The translations under genes were made by a program, and so were the position numbers. A stretch of DNA of 64,000 nucleotides from Bryobacterales bacterium. GTDB lineage: Bacteria > Acidobacteriota > Terriglobia > Bryobacterales > UBA6623. The stretch spans positions 1,926,632 through 1,990,631 of the forward strand of contig CBDDCL010000015.1 in the NCBI GenBank assembly GCA_965226245.1, read 5' to 3'. Shown in pieces: positions 36,545 through 45,300 of this stretch (within the stretch, counting starts at the first letter, position 1; each line of letters begins with the position of its first letter). The notes under the pieces were generated by a model, which saw only the letters and a program-made list of their open reading frames with translations, made no database searches and was not told the origin of the DNA.

Positions 36545-36585
36545 GAATAGGTCAGCAGCACTCACACGGAGCGTGATGTCCAACG
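36545..36585 (-). repeat. Family D 41-mer, inverted copy
   Basis: Its reverse complement equals 33707-33747 at 40 of 41 positions. Confidence 0.9.
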
Positions 36586-36596
36586 GACGCGCACTC

Positions 36597-36687
36597 CTGA
36601 AACTTATACGCCAGCTTGGTGTGGTCGAAACCGAGCAGATGCAGCATGGTAGCGTGCAGGTCGTGGACGTGGACTCTGAAGCGTTTT
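36597..36687 (-). pseudogene. 3'-terminal fragment of a DUF1501-type (sulfatase-like) gene
   Basis: It encodes [30 protein letters not shown]. This matches the DLHATILHLLG(L/F)DH..L.Y motif near the DUF1501 C-terminus. No upstream part is present. Confidence 0.5.
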
Positions 36688-36704
36688 TGAGTGCAACACC
36701 CAAA

Positions 36705-37238
36705 CTACCTTGCCGTAATTTCGGGCTTCGCTATCTTTGGGCCAATTAAGGCGCCCAGCCCATAGCCCAGCGTTGAGCCTATCCCTAAGGCCAGCCAAGC
36801 AACCAGCACTAACGAGCCTATTCCAAATTCTAGCGCACCGCTTTTTCCCCAGCCCGTCCCGGGAACCAGCCCATAGCTCAGCCCATAGCCTATCCCATAG
36901 GCTATCCCAAAGCCCAGCACAGTATGGTCAGTCAGCCGAAAGACCAGCCCTAAGATTAGCCCAAAAACCAGTCCAATAACTATCGCAAAGAACCACCAAC
37001 TAAATATTTCAAAGGACCCAAAGCCCAGCCCGAAGACCAGCGAAGCAGCCGACCCTAAGATTAGCCCAGTAACTATCCCAGAACCCAAGATTAGCCCAGT
37101 AACCCTCCCATAACCCAAGATTAGATTTCTTTTCCTTTCCTCTGCTTTAGGCGCGTGTTTCCTTGTGGTGAAGTCATACCCACAGTCACAGCGTTCGGCT
37201 TTCTCGGGGTTGATGAGTCTACAGTTCGGGCATTCCAT
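36705..37238 (-). CDS. Zinc-ribbon membrane protein with repetitive Gly-zipper TM segments
   Basis: N-terminal MECPNCRLINPEKAERCDCGYDF. This is followed by reiterated LILG / GLILGS / GLVFGL units, which are encoded by near-repeats in the DNA (e.g. CCAAGATTAGCCCAGTAAC three times). Confidence 0.55.
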   Translation of the reverse strand: MECPNCRLINPEKAERCDCGYDFTTRKHAPKAEERKRNLILGYGRVTGLILGSGIVTGLILGSAASLVFGLGFGSFEIFSWWFFAIVIGLVFGLILGLVFRLTDHTVLGFGIAYGIGYGLSYGLVPGTGWGKSGALEFGIGSLVLVAWLALGIGSTLGYGLGALIGPKIAKPEITAR

Positions 37239-37622
37239 GGTTCATGCTCCTACTGGCGCAGCCTGTAAGCGCTGGCCAGCATCCCGACCCAAGCAAAGCA
37301 TATCGCAAAGCCAACAGCCCGCGCAGGAGAATTTTTCCAGACCTGCTCGAACCTGCCCAAGCCCCACAGTCAAGCACCGGCGGAATTTTCCGGGATCTGC
37401 TCGGACCTGTTCACTCCGTCAGAGATGGGATGAGAAGGCTGGTCGCTGAAAGCCGGGAAGCGCTAAGCTGCCGGCAGCAGCACACTCTTCGAGAAAGAAC
37501 GTGCTGCGGAACTTTGATTCTCAAACAAAGGAGGCGACCAGCCATGAAAAAGAATAGCAAACCGCAGCAGACCAAACCCCAGCCGAGAGCCGGTAAACCC
37601 GCAAACGCCATTCGAGCAGCAG

Positions 37623-37916
37623 TTGGAGAGCGAGCGAAAGCGCCTGCGTCAGGCCGGCGAAATCGGCGCCGTGGCCGGAGTCGACATCGGAGACAAACGC
37701 AGTTATGTGCGGTTCGTCGGCCTCGACGGCGAGCTGCTCGAAGAAGTCAAGGTCTCCACCCGCCCCGCCGCCATCGAGAAATATTTCCGCTCCTGGCCGC
37801 GGCTGCGAGTGGTGCTCGAGAGCGGCGGGCAGACGAACTGGATACGCCGCCTGATCGCCGAGTTGGGTCACGAAGTGCTGCTGGCCAACGCCCGGCAGTT
37901 GCGGCTGAGCAGCCAG
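37623..37916 (+). pseudogene. IS110-family transposase, N-terminal fragment only
   Basis: VAGVDIGDKRSYVRFVGLDGELLEEVKVSTRPAAIEKYF...RVVLESGGQTNWIRRLIAELGHEVLLANARQLRL is a DEDD_Tnp_IS110 N-domain. Homology stops at the 34-bp repeat. Confidence 0.65.
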
Positions 37917-37950
37917 TTCGTGGAAGCGGCCGGGCGCCGTCCGCGAACAA
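37917..37950 (+). repeat. 34-bp direct repeat, copy 2
   Basis: Identical to 36500-36533. Confidence 0.9.
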
Positions 37951-38027
37951 CCAACGGAACGCCTTGCATCCGTCCCTTTGTATCATGAGTAAGCTTTCAA
38001 ATCACTCGAAAGGGGGCATGATTATCC

Positions 38028-38477
38028 ATGAAGAAGCGAAATCGAAGAAGGTTCCTTGGCGCGGCCGCGGCGGTAGCGGCGGGATCGGCGGTCCCGGCCC
38101 AAGCACAAGGAGCCTCCAAGAAAAAAGTGCATTGGCGCGATGGCAAGAAGCCGGACAACCCGCTGTTCAGCCCGGCGGTTTCCTATGGGGACCTGCTGTT
38201 CATTGCGGGCAAGGGAGCGCATTTCGAAGGGGACATCAGCGCCCACACGAAACATGTGCTGGATACGATCGAAAGTGAACTGGAGCGTTGCGGGTCCTCG
38301 ATGGACAAGGTGCTCAAGTGTAATGTCTATTTGCACGATCTTGCGGACTACCAGGCGATGAATGACGTTTTTCAGGGGAGGTTCGACGACGAGCCGCCGG
38401 TTCGGACAACGATTGCGGCCTACGGCGGGATTCCCGGCAACTCGCTGGTCGAGATTGATGTGATCGCGTATATTTGA
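38028..38477 (+). CDS. RidA/YjgF-family protein with twin-arginine signal
   Basis: MKKRNRRRFLGAAAAVAAGSAVPAQA is Tat-like. The remainder (YGDLLFIAGKGA...KCNVYLHDLADYQAMNDVF...RTTIAAYGGIPGNSLVEIDVIAY) is RidA-like. Confidence 0.75.
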   Translation: MKKRNRRRFLGAAAAVAAGSAVPAQAQGASKKKVHWRDGKKPDNPLFSPAVSYGDLLFIAGKGAHFEGDISAHTKHVLDTIESELERCGSSMDKVLKCNVYLHDLADYQAMNDVFQGRFDDEPPVRTTIAAYGGIPGNSLVEIDVIAYI

Positions 38478-38509
38478 TCACGGGCTGGTGCTATCGTGGA
38501 TGAGCGGGG

Positions 38510-40807
38510 GTGGCATGGAAGGGCGCGTCACCCGAAGGGATGAGTTGGCGCCCACTTGTGGGGACCCCTCCCTGGCGCGGACCCCTCACTTGCGTTCGGG
38601 GCTCTGATTCGGATTGGATAGTGTTCAGGCTTTGGCCCAGACCCGCGCCCGCTTGTTTATGGATCATCCCCTTGTGCGTGCTGGGGGTGGTCACTTATTG
38701 TCCGCCCGGTTTGGCGTCTGACCTGCTGGCTCTGGCTGAGATCCATGGGGCTTCCGGATATGAAGGGGAAGTCGTTGAATACGTTCAGTCGCAACTTGGC
38801 CGGGGCGGGGAAGTCGACAACACCGGTTCTCTGACGGTGAGCTTCGGAAAGGGCTTGCCGCACACTCTCCTCATTGCCGGACTGGATGAGCCCGGATTCG
38901 TCGTTTCCGGGATCAACGACCAAGGCTATTTGCGGCTTGAAAGACTGGCGGATCCATCGCCTCACTACGATTTCGACACATTTTTCCTGGGGCAGCCGGT
39001 CCGCATTACCAAAAGAACCGGCCAGCCGGTCTGGGGTGTAGTGGCCGCGCCGTCGGTGCATTTTGATTCCGGCCGATCATATTCTTCCCGCTCGAGCCTT
39101 GACGATCTTTTCGTGGATATCGGCGCCCGCTCAAAAGCCGAGGTCTTGGCCGCGGGGGTGGATGTGCTGGACTCCCTCACCTTGGAAAGAACGCCGTTCC
39201 GGCTCGCGGACGGTCACCGGGTAACGGCTCCGTGGATTTCAAGCCGTGCCGGGGCCGTTGTTCTGATCGCGCTGGGCCGCGGAATGGCGGAGTCCCCGCC
39301 CGAGGGGGCCGTGACACTGGCCTTCGTGACACAGCAGTTCTTCCACAATCGGGGCTTGCTGCGAGTTCTCGAGAATACCGCAGCGGACCGCGTGATTTAC
39401 ATCAAACCGGCGGGCGGAATTCGCCCCAGCATCGCGGCGGTGCTTGGGAAATCTTCAGACGTTCAAGACGCGCTGCTCGAGGCAGCTCGATCCGTGGATG
39501 TGAGCCTGGAACGCTCGACAGGAGAAAGATTGGAGTGGGGACCGTTTGGCGCGCAAGATCCCTGGCCGAAGCCGGAACAAAGTGTGGTCCTTACGGTCGG
39601 CGTCGAGAATTCCGGCACCCCTGTCGAGGTTGTCGACACGAGGCGCTTGGATCAAATCGCTGGTCTGCTTGCCAACTTCTGCGGCGTGAAGCACTGGGCG
39701 TTGCCTCAATCGGCGTTGCCTGATTCCTCTGGGGCTGCTGCGGATGGCACGAAAGACATTTTTGGAAAAGATCATTCGCCTCAGCCTGGCTCCTCCATTT
39801 CCCCCCTCGTCAACTTGATCCGGCTGCTAACGCACACAGTCGGGGTGAGTGGTTTCGAAGACCCGGTGCGCGACCGCATCCGTGAGGGGCTGCCCGCTTG
39901 GGCCCGTGAACGCTCCACCGTGGATGAAAACGGAAACTTGATCGTCCGCCTGGGCCGTGAAAGCCCGCCGAAAACGATTTTTATCGCCCACATGGACGAA
40001 ATCGGTTTCACGGTCTCTCGAATCCATTCCGACGGTGAAATCTCCCTCGACACGGTTGGAGGCGGCTCGGCCAGCCTCTTTGCCTGGCACCCGGTTGTAT
40101 TGCACGGCCTGAACGGCCCGCTCAGGGCCATCATGACGCGGCACGGAACCGTGAATATGGGCGCGGAATCCGCTGACCAAGCAGCCGCAATGGGAATCGG
40201 AAAGGGCACGGCGGTGACCGTCCCCAAGAAGTTTCGCCGTCTGCTGGGGCATCGCGCCACAGTCCGTTCTTTGGATGACCGCATCGGATGCGCGGTATTG
40301 ATTTCAGTGCTCCAATCCCTGAATTCCGCCGACCAGGCGATTCGAGCGGGCCGTCCCACCTGGATCGTATTCTCCGTCCAGGAGGAGGCCGGCCTGGTGG
40401 GCGCCCAAGCTGTTGCCGCTGCTACCGCGGCCAAGCGCGTATTCGCCATCGATAGCTTCGTCACATCCGACAGCCCGCTGGAGAACAAACGGATTGCGAA
40501 TGCGGCTCTCGGTAATGGTTTTGTGGTGCGCGCCAAAGACAACAGTGGCATCACCCCCCGGGAAGCGGTCGGGCAAGTTTTGACTCTCGCGAAGAAGCTC
40601 AACATCCAGGCGCAGCATGGCGTGACAGCCGGCGGTAATGACGGTTCTCAGTTTGTTCGCCGCGGAGCGGTCAACATCCCCCTGAGCTGGCCTCTGCGTT
40701 ATGCTCATTCCGCCGCTGAAGTTGCCGATCTCAAGGATGTAGAGGCCCTGCGTCAGATAGTTAGGGCGCTGGTCGAGGCCGGGCTTTCTGAGGAATCTCC
40801 CTATTGA
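38510..40807 (+). CDS. Tandem-domain M42-family peptidase (degenerate N-terminal copy + intact C-terminal copy); start uncertain
   Basis: The second half keeps IAHMDEIGF, LDDRIGCAV and SVQEEAGLVGAQ. The first half has AGLDEPGF, ISSRAG and VTQQFF at the same positions. The first ~50 codons overlap a family B repeat, so the true start is probably near 38670. Confidence 0.65.
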   Translation: MAWKGASPEGMSWRPLVGTPPWRGPLTCVRGSDSDWIVFRLWPRPAPACLWIIPLCVLGVVTYCPPGLASDLLALAEIHGASGYEGEVVEYVQSQLGRGGEVDNTGSLTVSFGKGLPHTLLIAGLDEPGFVVSGINDQGYLRLERLADPSPHYDFDTFFLGQPVRITKRTGQPVWGVVAAPSVHFDSGRSYSSRSSLDDLFVDIGARSKAEVLAAGVDVLDSLTLERTPFRLADGHRVTAPWISSRAGAVVLIALGRGMAESPPEGAVTLAFVTQQFFHNRGLLRVLENTAADRVIYIKPAGGIRPSIAAVLGKSSDVQDALLEAARSVDVSLERSTGERLEWGPFGAQDPWPKPEQSVVLTVGVENSGTPVEVVDTRRLDQIAGLLANFCGVKHWALPQSALPDSSGAAADGTKDIFGKDHSPQPGSSISPLVNLIRLLTHTVGVSGFEDPVRDRIREGLPAWARERSTVDENGNLIVRLGRESPPKTIFIAHMDEIGFTVSRIHSDGEISLDTVGGGSASLFAWHPVVLHGLNGPLRAIMTRHGTVNMGAESADQAAAMGIGKGTAVTVPKKFRRLLGHRATVRSLDDRIGCAVLISVLQSLNSADQAIRAGRPTWIVFSVQEEAGLVGAQAVAAATAAKRVFAIDSFVTSDSPLENKRIANAALGNGFVVRAKDNSGITPREAVGQVLTLAKKLNIQAQHGVTAGGNDGSQFVRRGAVNIPLSWPLRYAHSAAEVADLKDVEALRQIVRALVEAGLSEESPY
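38579..38609 (-). repeat. Family B element, short form
   Basis: GGACCCCTCACTTGCGTTCGGGGCTCTGAAT is the reverse complement of the family consensus. Confidence 0.75.
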
Positions 40808-40811
40808 CGCT

Positions 40812-42380
40812 ATGCTGAATACGATGTATCTGAAGGTCATGGGGTTTGTGCGCTTACTATTCGTGTGCTCACTACGCTTACAAATGGTGCTCACTGCCGC
40901 ACTGGCTACACTGGGCGCCGCCGACCTCGATGTTCGGGTGGTGGATGAGGAGGGCAAACTCGTTTGGGCGCGTTTGGAGATCCGCGGGCCGGACGGCAAA
41001 ACTTACCAGCCTGCTTTCGCGCTTCGAGACCGCACATCACGGGCACGGCCCGAGGGGCGCCGCTGGTATCTCGGCAGTTTCGTCGCCAAGGAACCAACCC
41101 TAATCGAAGCGCCCGCCGGAGATTACACCATCGTTGTGGAGCGTGGTCCCGAATACGAGCGCTTCGAGGAGACGATCACGCTGACCGACGAGCAGCCCGT
41201 CGATCTGACCGTGAACCTCAATCACTGGATCGACATGAACGCCCTGGGCTGGTACTCGGCTGATTTTCATGTTCATCGTCCCGTGGAAGACGTCAAGAAG
41301 CTGGCCCTGGCCGAGGATCTCAACCTCAGCGTCGTTTTCACGATGTGGAACAAGCGTGATCTCTGGGAAGGACAGCCTTTTCCGGTGAACCCCGTGGTCG
41401 AAGTGACCCCCAGGCACCTGCTCACGATTCTCAACGCCGAAGACGAGAGGGGCGGGGGCGCCTGGATGATGCACGGGCTGCGGGAAAAGCTCAACCTGGC
41501 CGTGGACGGGCGATGGTTCCCGCCCGGCCTGGATTTCCTGTACTACGCCAAGCGGCAACGCTATTATCGTCTCGGCTTTCCTTGGATTGACGTTGAAAAA
41601 CCCTTTTGGTGGGAGGTCCCGGTGGTGATGGCACTTTCTCCGCCGGACTCATTCGGCGTGCTGCACAACCACTTCAACCAATATGGAATCCACGATAGCG
41701 AGGCTTGGGGCAAGCCCAGGGACCAAGAGAGGTTTCCCGGCGCCCAGGGATTTGTGGACAGCTCGCTGAGCCTCTACTATCGTTATCTGAACCTGGGCAT
41801 GGACATCCCGGCCTCGGCCGGTTCGGCCACCGGCGTACTTCCGAATCCCCTCGGATACAACCGAGTCTACGTGAGACCGAGGGAGGCTTTTTCCGCAAAG
41901 TCTTTCTACGACGGCCTCCGCTATGGATCGAGTTTCGTTACCAACGGCCCCATGCTGTTTTTCGATGCGATCGAAGCACCCCGCGAAGTTCAGATGACTC
42001 TCCAAGTTCAAAGCCGCGAGCCGATTGAGCGCGTTGAAATTGTGGCGAACGGCAGGGTTATCAAGCAGTTCGAGGTTGCGCCCAACCAGATATCGTATTC
42101 AACGAAGCTCGTCATGGATAGCGGGGTTCATAGCTGGGTGGCGGCCCGTTGCTTTGTCAAATCCGATGACACGATTCGCTTGGCGCATTCCCGCCCCGTA
42201 TTTCTCGTGGATGGTTTTTGGGACGCTCGTGAGGACGCCGAGTACTTCGCTGCCTGGATGGACGAGTTGATTGCTCAAACACGGGAAGACAAAGACCGAT
42301 TTAACAGCGAGGACGAGCGCCGGGCCATGCTGGGGATTTACAACGACGCCCGCCAGTTCTATCTGCGAAAAGCGCGCTGA
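40812..42380 (+). CDS. Secreted metallohydrolase-like protein (PHP / CehA-McbA-like, tentative)
   Basis: 522 aa. After a beta-sandwich-like N-domain comes YSADFHVHRP, a His-rich motif like the first PHP motif. The family assignment is from recall only. Confidence 0.4.
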   Translation: MLNTMYLKVMGFVRLLFVCSLRLQMVLTAALATLGAADLDVRVVDEEGKLVWARLEIRGPDGKTYQPAFALRDRTSRARPEGRRWYLGSFVAKEPTLIEAPAGDYTIVVERGPEYERFEETITLTDEQPVDLTVNLNHWIDMNALGWYSADFHVHRPVEDVKKLALAEDLNLSVVFTMWNKRDLWEGQPFPVNPVVEVTPRHLLTILNAEDERGGGAWMMHGLREKLNLAVDGRWFPPGLDFLYYAKRQRYYRLGFPWIDVEKPFWWEVPVVMALSPPDSFGVLHNHFNQYGIHDSEAWGKPRDQERFPGAQGFVDSSLSLYYRYLNLGMDIPASAGSATGVLPNPLGYNRVYVRPREAFSAKSFYDGLRYGSSFVTNGPMLFFDAIEAPREVQMTLQVQSREPIERVEIVANGRVIKQFEVAPNQISYSTKLVMDSGVHSWVAARCFVKSDDTIRLAHSRPVFLVDGFWDAREDAEYFAAWMDELIAQTREDKDRFNSEDERRAMLGIYNDARQFYLRKAR

Positions 42381-42440
42381 CGGCTCTGTCTGACGGCGAC
42401 GCCCGGACGTGAAATCCTTGCAAAACGTGGCAGAAATTTC

Positions 42441-42540
42441 GGGAGCCAGATTCAGAGCCGCGACCGTGAGGGAGCGGTTGCTGCTTCGACGCGCGGCATC
42501 CGACGGCGGCCACGCTCCCGTTTTCGTTTCGGCTGGTCCA
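42441..42540 (+). repeat. Family B element, long form
   Basis: GGGAGCCAGATTCAGAGCCGCGACCGTGAGGGAGCGGTT...GCATCCGACGGCGGCCACGCTCCCGTTTTCGTTTCGGCTGGTCC aligns with 19986-20084. Confidence 0.8.
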
Positions 42541-42562
42541 AGTTAGGAGAATGACGAGAGCC

Positions 42563-43000
42563 ATGTGGAGTTTCACCTACCCGGCTGAACTGCACTCCGT
42601 GGGCGGCGGCCAACTCACTGTCCGTTTCACCGGCCTGCCGGAAGCAATTACGAGTGGAGAGGACCGCCAGGACGCCTTGCGGTAGGCAGCCGATTGTCTG
42701 GAAGAGGCCATTGCGGGGCGCATCGCCGACGGCTTGGATATCCCGCCGCCGTCGAAAGCCAAGCGAAGCCATGCGCAAATCACCTTATCCGGATCGATGG
42801 CCGCCAAAGCATCGCTGTATCTAGCGATGCGGCAAGCCGGTATCACAAGGACCCAATTGGCGAAGCGGCTCGGGGTGGATGAAAAAGAAGTGCGGCGCAT
42901 GCTGAACCCGCGCCACCCCACGAAGCTCCCGAGAATCGAGCAAGCGCTAGCGGCGCTCGGGAAGCGCCTGGTCGTCTCGCTGGAATCCGAGGCGGCCTGA
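42563..43000 (+). pseudogene. hicB: HicB-family antitoxin gene with an in-frame amber codon
   Basis: The N-domain (YPAELHSVGGGQLTVRFTGLPEAITSGEDRQDALR) ends at the TAG at 42683-42685. The frame then continues with AADCLEEAIAGRIADGLDIPPPS... and the HTH region (TRTQLAKRLGVDEKEVRRMLNPRH). No hicA gene is nearby. Confidence 0.6.
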
Positions 43001-43030
43001 GAACGCCCCCTGAGAAAACCCGCTAAATAG

Positions 43031-43227
43031 ATTCAGAGCCCAGCACGCAAGTGACGGGTCAAACGAAGGGATCAAGCGTCTTGCACCGAGCGCCATAAAC
43101 CCCCAATCCGAGACAATCTGACGCGTCCACGATGCTTGCGCAACTCCGGTTGAGAACTCGCAGGCCGCGGCGTGAATTGCCGCGGACCGGGCGGCGGACC
43201 CCTTACTTGCGTGCGGGGCTCTGAATC
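43031..43227. repeat. Inverted pair of family B short elements (MITE-like)
   Basis: The arms are 43031-43060 (ATTCAGAGCCCAGCACGCAAGTGACGGGTC) and 43197-43227 (GGACCCCTTACTTGCGTGCGGGGCTCTGAAT), facing each other and separated by ~136 nt. Confidence 0.8.
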
Positions 43228-43411
43228 ACCACCCGCGACAGAAACAAACTCACGAAGCGGATCGTGGAGGTACGCTCCATGATGATTCCGCGAGGCATAT
43301 GAATTTTGCGGTCTCGGTTCATCCCCCGGCCGGCAAGGGGAGTCTATTATCGCAACTTCGCGATAAACCGCTTGCTCACGCGCACGGCTCCAAAACGGCC
43401 GGCGCCCCGCT

Positions 43412-43437
43412 GGAGCCGCGACCGTGAGGGAGCGGTT
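43412..43437 (+). repeat. Family B core copy
   Basis: GGAGCCGCGACCGTGAGGGAGCGGTT is identical to the core at 42454-42479. Confidence 0.8.
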
Positions 43438-43607
43438 ATCGTGACGGTTCCGTCGGCGCCCGCCCAGGTGGTATGTTAATGCAAACCGGCCGGAAGATCC
43501 CAACCGGTATTTGGATAGTGGCTCGTGGTATTAAGTCTGTGTTAACGTGGGAATCCAGGCTAGCACTTCCGCCGACCCACCTCAGATGCCTAGTAAGGAG
43601 TAAAGTC

Positions 43608-44645
43608 ATGATCAATCGAAGCGCACTCGTAATCGTCCTCGCCGCCGCTGTGCTGGCGCCCGCCGGTCTCGCCGAGGATGGTCCAAAGACGTCCTGGGGT
43701 GATCCCGACTTGCGAGGCACCTGGGACTTCCGCTCCATCACGCCGTTCCAGCGGCCGCCGGAATTCAAGGACAAGGAGTTCCTCACGCCGGAAGAGGTGG
43801 CCGAGTTCGAGGAGAAGCGCCGCAAGGCCAACACCCAGAGAGATCTAGAGGAGCGCGGCCCCTTGGTCCTGGGCCAGTCCGACCTCGACGTCGGCTACAA
43901 CTGGATCTTCGTGGATAACGGCAAGAAGATGAATAGCACGAGGAGGTCGTCGCTCATCGTCGATCCCCCGGACGGCCGCCTCCCCGCTTTGACCGAGGAC
44001 GCCGAGCGCCGGAGGGACGAACGCACTGCCCGCTCGCGCCAAGTGCCCGCGGGACCGGAGGAGCGCAATCCGCGCGAGCGCTGCATCATAGGATTCAACG
44101 CCGGACCCCCGATGAATCCCAGCGCCTACAACAATATGGCGGAGATCTTTCAGACGAAAGACCATGTCGCGATCCTGGTCGAGATGATCAACGACCACCG
44201 CATCATCCCTCTTGACGGCCGTGACCATGTGCCGCAAGACATCCGCCTCTGGAAGGGGGATTCACGCGGTCACTGGGACGGGAATACGCTGGTCGTGCGG
44301 ACCAAAAACTACACCGATCAGACGAACTTCCGGGGCTCCGGCAAGAACATGATCCTCGAGGAGCGTTTCACCCGAAAAGAAGTCGGCAAGCTGATTTACG
44401 AGTACACAGTGAATGATCCGGAGTCGTTCGAGAAACCGTGGTCGGTGGAAGTGGAGATGACCTTGACCGAGGACCCGCTGCTGGAGTTCGGCTGTCACGA
44501 GGGAAACCGCTCTATGATGCTCACGCTCCGCGGCGCCCGGGTTCGGGAGCAGACCGGCACGGCGTCGGACGACTGGCTCTCCAGCGGGCAAAAGCGGCGG
44601 CTAAAAGAACGGCAGGAGAAGGAGCAGGCGCGGAAAGAGCAGTGA
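43608..44645 (+). CDS. Conserved-looking hypothetical secreted protein
   Basis: AAGGAG RBS, then ATG at 43608. Signal peptide MINRSALVIVLAAAVLAPAGLA. 345 aa. I recognise no family. Confidence 0.6.
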   Translation: MINRSALVIVLAAAVLAPAGLAEDGPKTSWGDPDLRGTWDFRSITPFQRPPEFKDKEFLTPEEVAEFEEKRRKANTQRDLEERGPLVLGQSDLDVGYNWIFVDNGKKMNSTRRSSLIVDPPDGRLPALTEDAERRRDERTARSRQVPAGPEERNPRERCIIGFNAGPPMNPSAYNNMAEIFQTKDHVAILVEMINDHRIIPLDGRDHVPQDIRLWKGDSRGHWDGNTLVVRTKNYTDQTNFRGSGKNMILEERFTRKEVGKLIYEYTVNDPESFEKPWSVEVEMTLTEDPLLEFGCHEGNRSMMLTLRGARVREQTGTASDDWLSSGQKRRLKERQEKEQARKEQ

Positions 44646-44700
44646 AGCTCAGCGACGTTTCGGCTCCCTCTAAGCCCAATACTGTTGACTTAGGATCTTT

Positions 44701-44855
44701 CAGCCGCGAAGCGCCGCCGGATCGTAGCCCATGGGTGGAGCGAAGCGGAACCCTGGGTCAGAAAACCCCACAGCGCCAAGCCCCACAAGCGCAAGGGGCG
44801 GAGGAAAGCCAACGCATGGATGCTGATGACGGCTCCGCTTTGCACCGAAGAAATA
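44701..44855 (+). repeat. Family A element, copy 3
   Basis: The core matches 6338-6395 with one substitution. The distal half is alignable. Confidence 0.85.
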
Positions 44856-45147
44856 GGGGGCTTGGACGCCGGGAACGGCGCCACGCGCGCTTAAGTCAAC
44901 AGTATTGCACCTAAGCCATGGAAAACAAGCAACTGACAAAATGGCACGCTTCCTGACGTAACGCGCGGCTCTGCCGTCCCGCGCCAGACCTATTGACACT
45001 ACTGTTCGCCGCGCCGGAAGTGCGGCGGCTAGCTAAGCTAGCAGCCTGTCTGCAGAAGTCTGCTCGGGCGAAAAAGGGGGACTGCCATCCGATTTTCGCT
45101 CGCCGAACCGCCTTATTTTCAACACCAGTGGAATGCGAAATCTGTGG

Positions 45148-45300
45148 CTGCACCCTTTTTTCGAGTCACCCGAATATCCGCCGTGTCCACGAAATCGATG
45201 AGGTCGAAGGCCGGACCTTTAGCGATGGAGTTTGTCGAAGGTGAAAGCCTCGATAGCCGGATCGAGCAAGGACCGCTGAAGATCGCCGAAGCTCACCGCT
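45148..45300 (+). pseudogene. Ser/Thr protein kinase fragment (subdomains IV-V) with a frameshift
   Basis: SHPNIRRVHEIDEVEGRTF in one frame and MEFVEGESLDSRIEQGPLKIAEA in the next match the HPNI...MEyveGesL kinase pattern. There is no catalytic loop. Confidence 0.45.

Noticed and set aside
37244-38278. 344-aa ORF spanning the IS110 fragment and the RidA gene.
   Set aside because: It is an Arg/Pro/Ala-rich off-frame translation overlapping two regions that have clear signatures in other frames.
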